Assembly: GCA_016214745.1 (NCBI GenBank)
Contig: JACRNW010000002.1
Span: 1-48,271 of the forward strand
Direction: 5' to 3'
From: Candidatus Falkowbacteria bacterium
Lineage (GTDB): Bacteria > Patescibacteriota > Patescibacteriia > XYB2-FULL-38-15
DNA length: 48,271 nucleotides
Part shown: positions 10,306-17,812 of the stretch, piece by piece
How the letters are laid out: every line of letters begins with the position of its first letter
Position numbering within the stretch: the stretch's first letter is position 1
The notes under the pieces: model-generated
Databases searched by the model: none
What the model was told of the DNA's origin: nothing
What the model saw: the letters and a program-made list of their open reading frames with translations, nothing else
Translations under genes and position numbers: made by a program

Positions 10306-10881
10306 ATGAAGAAGGTAATGGCTCTGTTCGCGGTGTTCATGATCGGCTGCAACAACACGTTCATCGACCTGACTCCGTGCTACGACGTCTACGCAGAAGT
10401 TCTGCCGGAGCTTCCGATGTACGATGATCAGCTGCCTATCCTCGGACTCCGAATCACGAACGATACGTGCGATACGGTATACGTCAAGTACATACTCACC
10501 GAACTTCGGCGGTTGGATGACGACTCGGCATTTTCCATCTGCAGCGTGTTCGATTGCTCGACATTCAGAGCATACCAAGATGGAAGGCTGGCCGTGGAGA
10601 GTGCGCCGCCCGGTGGAGGCAGCTGTTTGCTTGAGATTCACGTCAACTGGACTGGAACGGGCGATGGTTTGCCGTTCGGCGAAATCTCATCCCGCGGTTC
10701 AGCCGAGTTCGTGTACACCGCGATGATCCGGCCAGATGCTCCCTCGGGTCGATACCAGTATATCCTCACGGGGTACTGGATCGATGAGTTCGAGGTCGTG
10801 ATGAGCTGTAACGTCGAGGATCAGCCCGTTCCGAGCAAGCTCGGCGTTCCGATTCTCGGACCGGTCATTACCGTTTTGTAG
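10306..10881 (+). CDS. Lipoprotein of unknown function
   Basis: MKKVMALFAVFMIGC lipobox; aaggaagggag SD; N-terminus shared with the next gene. Confidence 0.8.
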   Translation: MKKVMALFAVFMIGCNNTFIDLTPCYDVYAEVLPELPMYDDQLPILGLRITNDTCDTVYVKYILTELRRLDDDSAFSICSVFDCSTFRAYQDGRLAVESAPPGGGSCLLEIHVNWTGTGDGLPFGEISSRGSAEFVYTAMIRPDAPSGRYQYILTGYWIDEFEVVMSCNVEDQPVPSKLGVPILGPVITVL

Positions 10882-10883
10882 TT

Positions 10884-11135
10884 CCTTCCAAACGTCCTGG
10901 CAAATTCCAAATCAAGTATGCCAGGAAAGTTCAACCGCCAGGTTGAGCGCTCGCTAAAGTTTTGCGAAATCACGCAGCGATGCGTGGCAAGCAACTAAAG
11001 CGAGTTAGAGCGGAACCCATCACAATGAGTTCCGCCCTTTTCCGAGATCGCCACCCAAAAAGGTGACGGACTCAGAGAAGGAAGTTTCTCGGCCGCGATG
11101 TTTCGCGTGTCCGAGGCAAAGTTCTTTACAACAAG
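10884..11135 (+). ncRNA. Putative structured RNA element, copy 2
   Basis: Near-identical to copy 1; differences mostly lie in loops or preserve pairing. Confidence 0.7.
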
Positions 11136-11154
11136 GAAGGAAAGAGAGAAAAAG

Positions 11155-12531
11155 ATGAAGAATACGTTGATGGTTCTGTCCGTGGTTCTGTTCGCGGTCG
11201 GTTGCGACAACACGTTCATCGATTTGAGCAGCGAGTGCGAAACGAGCGCGGACTGCGCCGACGGCGACCCTTGCACGGTGGACATCTGCGACGTCGACAA
11301 CACCTGCGTCCAGATCCCGTCCGACAATCCGGCCTGCGATCCGGTGGACGACCGGGATGCCGACACCGATGCGGATGTCGGAGCCGAAACGGACGCCGAC
11401 GCCGACGCGGACGCTGATGCACACACCGACATCGTTCCCGACGACTACGAGGGCGACGAGCCCGGAGAGTGCGACGATCACGTGGACAACGACCGCGACG
11501 GTCTGTTCGACTGCGACGATCCCGGTTGCGCTCCGGGTCCGGCCTGTGAGACGCCTCCTGGCGCTGACGCCGATGCCGACGCTGATGCTGATGCGGACGC
11601 GGATGCAGACGCCGACGCAGATGTCGGAGTTGAAACGGACATCGACGCGGGCGCTGATGCGGATACCGATGCCGACGCAGACGCCGATGCTGGTTGCATG
11701 CCGACCGAAGAGCTCTGCGACGACCACACGGACAACGACTGTGACGGCGAAACGGACGAGTTGCCGGGGTGCGTATTTTGCCCCTCGGATTCCATGATCA
11801 CCTGCTACTATGATGCCGACCACGATGGCTACGGCGTTCCGGTACCGCCGATACGCGCATGCCCCTCTGCCTGTGTCGGCGACTGGACACCATTTTCAGG
11901 CGACTGCCGCTACTGGGATTCGGCTAGTTATCCCGGGGCAGAAGAAGTCTGCGATGGGCATGATAACGACTGCGACGCCGGAGTGGACGAAGGATGTTCC
12001 TGCTCTGACGGCGAAGTCGTTGTTTGCCACTGCGGCGAGGTGCTCGGAGAGTCCCATTGCGGCACCGATCATCTTTACGACGGGTCATGCGATTGTTCGG
12101 TCTGCGGGGACGGCGTCTGCTTCACGATCGGGGTATTCCAAGAGAATTGCCCGGCTGATTGCGGACTTCCCACCTGCGGAGACGGTGTCTGTGGCAGCGA
12201 TGAGACGTTGTTGACGTGCTCTCGCGATTGCGGCATGTGCAGGTTCAACTGGAATCTCGCCGGCTCGGCTGATCCGCCAGCGGCATGCGGTTCCTGGTGG
12301 TACATCTGGGACCGAGTACGTTGCGGCGGCTGGATTGGCCTATCGGCTGAGACTCCCACTACGGCGTGTCTCGATGCACTCCGGGCGCGGCTCGCTCTGC
12401 CTCCGGGCGTCGAGGGCCGCATCTACGGAGTCGATTCGGCCGGCCATACCTTGGCCGTCTCGATCGTCGATCCGGCATCGTCAGGCGGGCCGACGTGGCC
12501 GAGCCAACTCGGTTGGGCGTATTCCTTCTAG
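11155..12531 (+). CDS. Cys/Asp-rich lipoprotein with (DA)n linkers, DNDCDG repeats and CGDGVC repeats (myxobacterial style)
   Basis: Lipobox FAVGC; DADADA tracts; [26 protein letters not shown]; CGDGVC twice. Confidence 0.88.
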   Translation: MKNTLMVLSVVLFAVGCDNTFIDLSSECETSADCADGDPCTVDICDVDNTCVQIPSDNPACDPVDDRDADTDADVGAETDADADADADAHTDIVPDDYEGDEPGECDDHVDNDRDGLFDCDDPGCAPGPACETPPGADADADADADADADADADADVGVETDIDAGADADTDADADADAGCMPTEELCDDHTDNDCDGETDELPGCVFCPSDSMITCYYDADHDGYGVPVPPIRACPSACVGDWTPFSGDCRYWDSASYPGAEEVCDGHDNDCDAGVDEGCSCSDGEVVVCHCGEVLGESHCGTDHLYDGSCDCSVCGDGVCFTIGVFQENCPADCGLPTCGDGVCGSDETLLTCSRDCGMCRFNWNLAGSADPPAACGSWWYIWDRVRCGGWIGLSAETPTTACLDALRARLALPPGVEGRIYGVDSAGHTLAVSIVDPASSGGPTWPSQLGWAYSF

Positions 12532-12543
12532 CCAAGAAGTTTG

Positions 12544-12761
12544 CCTCTGACAAATTCCCAAAAGGTTATGTCAGAGGAAATCGTCCGAGTCCTTCGGACG
12601 GTGGCTCGTAGATTTTCCTAAATCACCGCAAGGTGACAGCAAGAAAAAATACGAGCTTAGAGCGGAACCCATCACAATGAGTTCCGCCCTTTTTCGAGGA
12701 CATCACCCGCCCAAATTCGCTGACGCGAACTTCAGTCGGGTGGTGCACTCAAAGAAGGAGG
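12544..12761 (+). ncRNA. Putative structured RNA element, copy 3 (diverged)
   Basis: Identical 34-nt core at 12660-12693; flanking stems differ in sequence but keep the same pairing order. Confidence 0.65.
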
Positions 12762-12772
12762 CCAAGTAATAG

Positions 12773-12976
12773 ATGGAGGCGCTCGTGAAGATTGTAAGGG
12801 TTGTGATGGGGATTGTGGTGGCGGTAGCGTACCTTTACATCTTGCTCAGTTTCGTCAAGAAGTACGAGCGTCGCCGGCTAATGGTAGTCGGCGAAACGGG
12901 GGACGGCGGGGATCGCGTGTTCCCAATCATGTTGTTCGTCGCTTTCGTCGGGACCTTGTTGGTCCTTGGCGAATAG
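12773..12976 (+). CDS. Small two-TM membrane protein
   Basis: AAGGAGG SD; two hydrophobic segments. Confidence 0.7.
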   Translation: MEALVKIVRVVMGIVVAVAYLYILLSFVKKYERRRLMVVGETGDGGDRVFPIMLFVAFVGTLLVLGE

Positions 12977-12985
12977 GAGGTAGCG

Positions 12986-13300
12986 ATGTTTTCCGAAGTG
13001 ATGTTCTGGATCGGAATCGTGTGCTTCCCGGTGTTCCTCGTGGTGCGCTGGATGGAAGCGCTGAAGGCCGAGCGGTTTCCGGTGGGGAAGATTGTTGCGG
13101 TCACGCTGGCGTTCGTGCTTTGCTTGGCCGCGGCGCTTCTCTACAAGTTCTGCTTCGTTTCGCACGGCCTTTCGGGACCGTTCAAGCAACTCGGAGCGAT
13201 TCTCGTGATTATCGCCCTGGGTGTGACCGCGGTCATCGGCTTCGTGAAGACCGCGCCCGCCATTCCGTGCACGCCGCCGAGAGAAAGGAGGAGCGGTTGA
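12986..13300 (+). CDS. Small three-TM membrane protein
   Basis: AGGAGGT SD; three hydrophobic segments. Confidence 0.72.
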   Translation: MFSEVMFWIGIVCFPVFLVVRWMEALKAERFPVGKIVAVTLAFVLCLAAALLYKFCFVSHGLSGPFKQLGAILVIIALGVTAVIGFVKTAPAIPCTPPRERRSG

Positions 13301-13461
13301 TCAGGAAGGTTGCGTGGGATTTGGCCAGCGTGGCGATCATCGTTTTCACGGTGGGAGTCGTCGGCATCGCCGACCAGATCGCTCCGCACACGACGGTCCG
13401 ACTCATGCAGCGGTTCGAGCCGCAGCTGGATCGGTTCGTCACGTTCCTGCTCCGCGAGTAA
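13297..13461 (+). CDS. Small single-TM protein (TTG start, TTGA overlap)
   Basis: AAGGAGG SD; MIRKVAWDLASVAIIVFTVGVVGIA...; coupled to the upstream stop. Confidence 0.6.
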   Translation: MIRKVAWDLASVAIIVFTVGVVGIADQIAPHTTVRLMQRFEPQLDRFVTFLLRE

Positions 13462-13713
13462 CGGCAGCAGTCGTCACTCACGGATAGGTAACTCAAGGAG
13501 GGAAAAAGAAGGAGATGGCCGTGCGTACCAGCCACGCCGAGACGAATGAATGGCGACTTTGCGTGGTAGAAAAAGCTCTGTAGGCGAGCAAGTCATTCCG
13601 GGGAAAGTCCACCTCGATAGGGTCGTACCTAAACGGACTGGGGAGTGAATAAAGTAGCTCCCCACATTTTTCGAGAGCATCATAGTAAATGGTGTTTTCA
13701 AAAGATGTTTTAA

Positions 13714-13810
13714 ATCCTGGAGCGAGTGAGTAAACCTCGTTCAGCAAACAAATCTCTCTCTGTTTGTCTGGACATTCGAGGATTGCTCACTCACTCCAGG
13801 GTTTTTTATT
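13714..13810 (+). terminator. Very long imperfect hairpin plus T tract ending the island
   Basis: cctggagcgagtgagtaa ... ttgctcactcactccagg followed by gttttttatt. Confidence 0.65.
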
Positions 13811-13874
13811 TATCTTGCAGCCAGCAGAAAAACGCGCTATTATAAATGCAGGAAGAGAAATTAATTTTAAAAAT

Positions 13875-14315
13875 ATGGAACGTTTTTATTCAGTCATTTT
13901 TATCATAGTTTTGGCGGCGGCGGGATTTTTAAAAGTAGGTCAATACGCAGAGGAGCACGGTTCAGTAATTATTGATGATGTGAAAGTTAAAGTAGAAATT
14001 GCCGACGAGCCGACGGAAATGGCCAAGGGCTTGAGTAACCGCAAAAATTTAGACGAAAACCACGGTATGCTTTTTGTTTTTGCTACGCCTGGTCAGCCGG
14101 CTTTTTGGATGAAAGATATGAATTTTTCCATTGACATTATTTGGATAAAAAATGATGTAGTTGTTGATATTGCTCCAAATCTTCCGGTCGTAGCCGCGGA
14201 ATTTTTATCAACTTACACGCCAAAAGAACCGGCAAATTATGTTTTGGAAGTTAACGCCGGATTTGCGAAGGAGCATGGGATAAAAGTGGGGGATGGGGTA
14301 GATATTAAAATTTAA
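13875..14315 (+). CDS. DUF192 family protein
   Basis: VEIAD...KGLS.R...GMLFVF...FWMKDMNFSIDIIWI...YVLEVNAG. Confidence 0.92.
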   Translation: MERFYSVIFIIVLAAAGFLKVGQYAEEHGSVIIDDVKVKVEIADEPTEMAKGLSNRKNLDENHGMLFVFATPGQPAFWMKDMNFSIDIIWIKNDVVVDIAPNLPVVAAEFLSTYTPKEPANYVLEVNAGFAKEHGIKVGDGVDIKI

Positions 14316-14318
14316 AAT

Positions 14319-14894
14319 ATGCGCGAAATTGATATGCCAAAAGTGGAGGGGGAAAGAAATGTTGAGGAGCGAGATTTTTTAAAAATTAAGAAAGAGATAG
14401 CGGAATTTCTCCAGCACAAATTGCGCCACACTCAACATTTCGGAGACTTTAGCAGACAAAGTATAGAAATAAAAAAACAGAGGACTGATTATTTGGAGGG
14501 AATTATTAATTCTTTGGAAAGAGGAAATCTCTCACCGGCCCGGGAATATTTTGCGAAGCTTATGGAAGAAAAAGAAGGGGTAGTAGCAAGACTAGCCGGG
14601 GATTTGCGTGAAGCAATAGCGGCCGCGAAGCCGAAGATAGATAAACTTAACAAAGAAAACGCGCGGCTTCTTGAAAAATTGGAAAAGGCAAAAGATAGGG
14701 GTGATGTGGGAAAGATTCAGGCAATTATTAAAGAAATTGGCAATGTAGACGATGCTATCGGAGGGGTTGGTCAGGGACAGGAAGAAATAAGACAAAGTTT
14801 GAAAAAAGCTCAGGATGATCCGGATTTGGAAAAGTTTAGAAAATTTGTCGCGGCGATTGACGCGGAGTTGGAACGGGCAATAAGAAAAAATTGA
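14319..14894 (+). CDS. Hypothetical coiled-coil protein
   Basis: 191-aa E/K-rich helical ORF, 3 nt after DUF192. Confidence 0.7.
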   Translation: MREIDMPKVEGERNVEERDFLKIKKEIAEFLQHKLRHTQHFGDFSRQSIEIKKQRTDYLEGIINSLERGNLSPAREYFAKLMEEKEGVVARLAGDLREAIAAAKPKIDKLNKENARLLEKLEKAKDRGDVGKIQAIIKEIGNVDDAIGGVGQGQEEIRQSLKKAQDDPDLEKFRKFVAAIDAELERAIRKN

Positions 14895-14914
14895 TTTTTT
14901 AAAAGCAGAAATTT

Positions 14915-15136
14915 ATGGAAAGAGGATTTGGCATAGAAAAACAGTCCGAAGAATTTCCTTTTCAGGCGGGCGATAGAGTATCTGTTAAAAACAACGAAAC
15001 TGGCAGGGTAGAGAATTGGTGGCTTTTCACCGGTTGGGATGAAAAGCCCGGCAAGGCCGTTGTGCAAAATCTTGAAGGTTTTATAAAGAAGGTTGATCGG
15101 GACACTTTGTTAACGCCCCAAAAAGAGAAAGAGTGA
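14915..15136 (+). CDS. Small hypothetical protein (possible SH3/KOW-like fold)
   Basis: FQAGDRVSVK...W; co-oriented with neighbours. Confidence 0.6.
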   Translation: MERGFGIEKQSEEFPFQAGDRVSVKNNETGRVENWWLFTGWDEKPGKAVVQNLEGFIKKVDRDTLLTPQKEKE

Positions 15137-15137
15137 G

Positions 15138-15166
15138 TTGACAATTTTTTTGATAAATGTTTTAAT
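15138..15166 (+). promoter_or_regulatory. Sigma70 promoter of rplU
   Basis: TTGACA-17 bp-TTTAAT with TG. Confidence 0.6.
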
Positions 15167-15203
15167 AGTTGAATGTTAATTTTTTAATACTCAAAAATAG
15201 ATT

Positions 15204-15515
15204 ATGTTTGCAGTAATTAAAACAGGCGGGAAACAATACAAAGTAAAAGAAGGTGAAATTTTAAAGATTGAAAAAATCGCCGGAGCGGCCGGCGATAAGA
15301 TTGATTTTGAAGTTTTGCTCGTGACGGATGAGGACGGCAAGGATGTGAAAATCGGAAAGCCGATCGTGGCTGGCGCGAAAGTCGCTGCCGAGATTTTGGA
15401 GCAGGGCCGGGCGAGAAAAGTTAATGTTATTAAATACAAACCAAAAGTCCGCTATCGCCGCAAAGCCGGACACCGACAGATGTATACGAGAGTGAAAATT
15501 GGAAAAGTTGGCTAA
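15204..15515 (+). CDS. rplU: 50S ribosomal protein L21
   Basis: MFAVIKTGGKQYKV...GHRQMYT. Confidence 0.98.
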   Translation: MFAVIKTGGKQYKVKEGEILKIEKIAGAAGDKIDFEVLLVTDEDGKDVKIGKPIVAGAKVAAEILEQGRARKVNVIKYKPKVRYRRKAGHRQMYTRVKIGKVG

Positions 15516-15546
15516 TGGATATTGGCTATTAGATATTAGCAATTGA

Positions 15547-15572
15547 AAATCCGCCCTATCGGCGGATTTTTA
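15547..15572. terminator. Bidirectional terminator between rplU and recR
   Basis: aaaatccgcc-ctatc-ggcggattttt. Confidence 0.75.
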
Positions 15573-15616
15573 TTATTCGCATATAATTTGCAAATCTTCG
15601 CAAATTGATTCGCGTG

Positions 15617-16258
15617 CTACATCTCTTTTCTGCCTTTCAGGGCGTCGGAAACCGTAACTTCGTCGGCGTATTCAAGGTCAGATCCCATTGGGAGGCCGCG
15701 GGCGAGGCGTGTGATTTTAATCGGTTTGCCAAATGATTTTATGAGTTTGGTAAGATACAACATCGTGGTTTCGCCTTCAAGATCCGGGTTTAGAGCGAGA
15801 ATAAGTTCTTTGATCGCGCTATTTTCCGCCAGAGGCGGATCCGCCTTGGGCGGAGAATTTTTGAGGCGGGCGACCAGTTCTTTGATTTTTAATTGATCTG
15901 GCGTGATGCCGTGAAGCGGATCCAAAACTCCGCCTAGAATATGATAAGTACCGTGATATTCGTTGGTATTTTCAATGACCGGTAAGTCTTGGTACTCGGC
16001 CACGACGCAGATTATTCCGTGATCGCGCCGGGAGTCGCCGCAAATTGCGCAGGGATTTTTTTCAGAAAAGTTTTGGCAGATTTGGCAGACGGCGATTTGG
16101 TTTTTCAGGATACCGAGGGCCGCGGCGAATTTTTCCACATCCGCTTTCGGTTGTTTTAACAAATAAAAAACAAACCGGAGCGCGGTTTTTGGTCCGACGC
16201 CCGGCAGGTGAGAAAAATAATCAACTAAATTTTGCAGAGAAGGAGGAAAATTGGACAT
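15617..16258 (-). CDS. recR: Recombination mediator RecR
   Basis: LPGVGPKTA, CQICQN..CAIC Zn finger, YHILGG, TRLARGLPMGSDLEYAD. Confidence 0.97.
   Translation of the reverse strand: MSNFPPSLQNLVDYFSHLPGVGPKTALRFVFYLLKQPKADVEKFAAALGILKNQIAVCQICQNFSEKNPCAICGDSRRDHGIICVVAEYQDLPVIENTNEYHGTYHILGGVLDPLHGITPDQLKIKELVARLKNSPPKADPPLAENSAIKELILALNPDLEGETTMLYLTKLIKSFGKPIKITRLARGLPMGSDLEYADEVTVSDALKGRKEM
15825..15854. repeat. 30-bp double palindrome inserted in-frame in recR
   Basis: tccgccagaggcggatccgccttgggcgga, translated as part of SPPKADPPLAE. Confidence 0.8.
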
Positions 16259-16282
16259 CTTCGCGGTTGGCGTTTGAAATTT

Positions 16283-17647
16283 TTATTGCTGTTCTTCCAC
16301 GCGGCGTTCCAGGTTTTTGAAACTCACCCGGTTCTCATCAAAAAACAAATTCACAATGCCGGTTGGACCGTTTCTGTGTTTGGCAATATGAATTTCGGCG
16401 ATGTTTCTTTCTTCCGGCGTTACTTCGCGGAAGTTCCGGTCCATGGCTTTGCGGTAAATAAACAAGACCACGTCGGCATCCTGTTCGATTGAGCCCGATT
16501 CGCGGAGATCCGCCAATTTCGGGATGGCCGGGGAGCGCGCTTCCACGGCGCGGGATAATTGAGACAAGGCAAGCACGGGGATATTTAATTCTCTGGCGAT
16601 TCCTTTTAACGAACGCGTGATTTCCGCGACTTCCTGGACGCGGTTGTCGGCTTTTTGCGAACGGGATTCCATCAATTGCAGATAGTCAATAATCAAAAGG
16701 CCCAGGCCATTTTCAATTTGAAGCCGCCGGGCCTTGGTTCGGATTTCCATAATATTTGAAGTTGCCGAATCATCAATAAAAATTGGGGCTTCGGAAAGAG
16801 TTCCCATGGCGTGGCCGATGCGCGGAAAATCATCATCCTCGTCGCGGTCGGACAACTTTCCAGTCCGCATTTTCCAAAGGTCCACTCCGGCTTCGGAGCA
16901 AAGTAAGCGGTCAACCAGTTGTTCTTTTGACATTTCCAAACTGAAAATACCAACCGGAACTTTTGCTTTTGTGGCGACATTTCGCGCGATATCCAAAGCG
17001 AGTGAAGTTTTGCCGACGGAAGGGCGGGCGGCTAAAACTATGAGATCAGATTTTTGGAGACCGGCCAAGATATTGTCCAAATCATGATAGCCGGTCGTGA
17101 GGCCGCGGAGTTTGCCTTTTTCCCGATGGAGTTCGTCAATCCGGTCAAAGGCCTCGGTTAAGATATTTTTAATCGGAATGAAAATTTGTTTCAGGTATTT
17201 TTGGGAAACAGAAAAAAGTTTTTGTTCAGCTTTATCTAAAACAACTTCCACGTCTTCTTCTTCGTTATAACCAAGAGAAGTGATTTCTCCGGCCGCGGTT
17301 AGAAGCCGGCGCAGAGTCGCTTTTTTCTGGACGATGTTTGCGTAATGGACAACATGCGAGGCGGTCGGGACGGAGTTCGCGAGAGTCATCAAATAACTTC
17401 TTCCGCCGATCATCTCCAATTTGCCGTGTTCTTCAAGTTTTGAAGTCAAACTTAAAATATCAATCGGTTCATGCCGGCCGAAAAGATCCAAAATCGCTTC
17501 ATAAATCACGGCGTGACTTTCTTTATAAAAATCTTCCGTCCGGACAATGTCGGCAACGCGGATAACGGAATCTTTATCAATTAAAAGCGCGCCCAAAAGA
17601 GATTGTTCGGCTTCAATATTTTGCGGAGTGATTTTTTCGATAGCCAT
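16283..17647 (-). CDS. dnaB: Replicative DNA helicase
   Basis: PQNIEAEQSLLG, AARPSVGKT, FSLEM, IDYLQLM, LSQLSR, DLRESGSIEQDAD, KHRNGPTG. Confidence 0.98.
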   Translation of the reverse strand: MAIEKITPQNIEAEQSLLGALLIDKDSVIRVADIVRTEDFYKESHAVIYEAILDLFGRHEPIDILSLTSKLEEHGKLEMIGGRSYLMTLANSVPTASHVVHYANIVQKKATLRRLLTAAGEITSLGYNEEEDVEVVLDKAEQKLFSVSQKYLKQIFIPIKNILTEAFDRIDELHREKGKLRGLTTGYHDLDNILAGLQKSDLIVLAARPSVGKTSLALDIARNVATKAKVPVGIFSLEMSKEQLVDRLLCSEAGVDLWKMRTGKLSDRDEDDDFPRIGHAMGTLSEAPIFIDDSATSNIMEIRTKARRLQIENGLGLLIIDYLQLMESRSQKADNRVQEVAEITRSLKGIARELNIPVLALSQLSRAVEARSPAIPKLADLRESGSIEQDADVVLFIYRKAMDRNFREVTPEERNIAEIHIAKHRNGPTGIVNLFFDENRVSFKNLERRVEEQQ

Positions 17648-17812
17648 AAGCGGCAATTTAGGTTCTTAAATCTTAAACGATTTGGGGGAAAAAGGCAAAT
17701 GGGTTTTTGCACATTTTGTCCACGCCTCATAATTGAAGAAAGAGGGGTATTTTGAGTTATGATTTTGTTTATGCTATAATGTTTTAAAGATTAGAACTAA
17801 TTTTAGCAAGAT

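Noticed and set aside
10884-11240. DGR template/variable repeat or retron
   Set aside because: No reverse transcriptase in the window, and differences between copies are not adenine-specific.
9376-12611. Many long overlapping or antisense ORFs in the island (e.g. 11020-11823, 9524-10030)
   Set aside because: Expected shadows of GC-rich, repetitive coding DNA; no RBS or recognisable motifs.
10143-12693. 34-nt identical repeats as a CRISPR array
   Set aside because: Copies are 0.9-1.7 kb apart, embedded in larger conserved structure, and there are no cas genes in the window.
13515-13583. tmRNA tag reading frame
   Set aside because: No tRNA-like acceptor or T-arm ends, and the peptide lacks the usual ALAA-type ending.
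13714-13810. Integron attC sites in the long hairpins (also 22441 and 27761)
   Set aside because: No proper RYYYAAC/GTTRRRY ends and no integrase in the window; T tracts fit terminators.
17650-17812. Replication origin near dnaB
   Set aside because: No cluster of DnaA boxes; it looks like an ordinary divergent promoter region.
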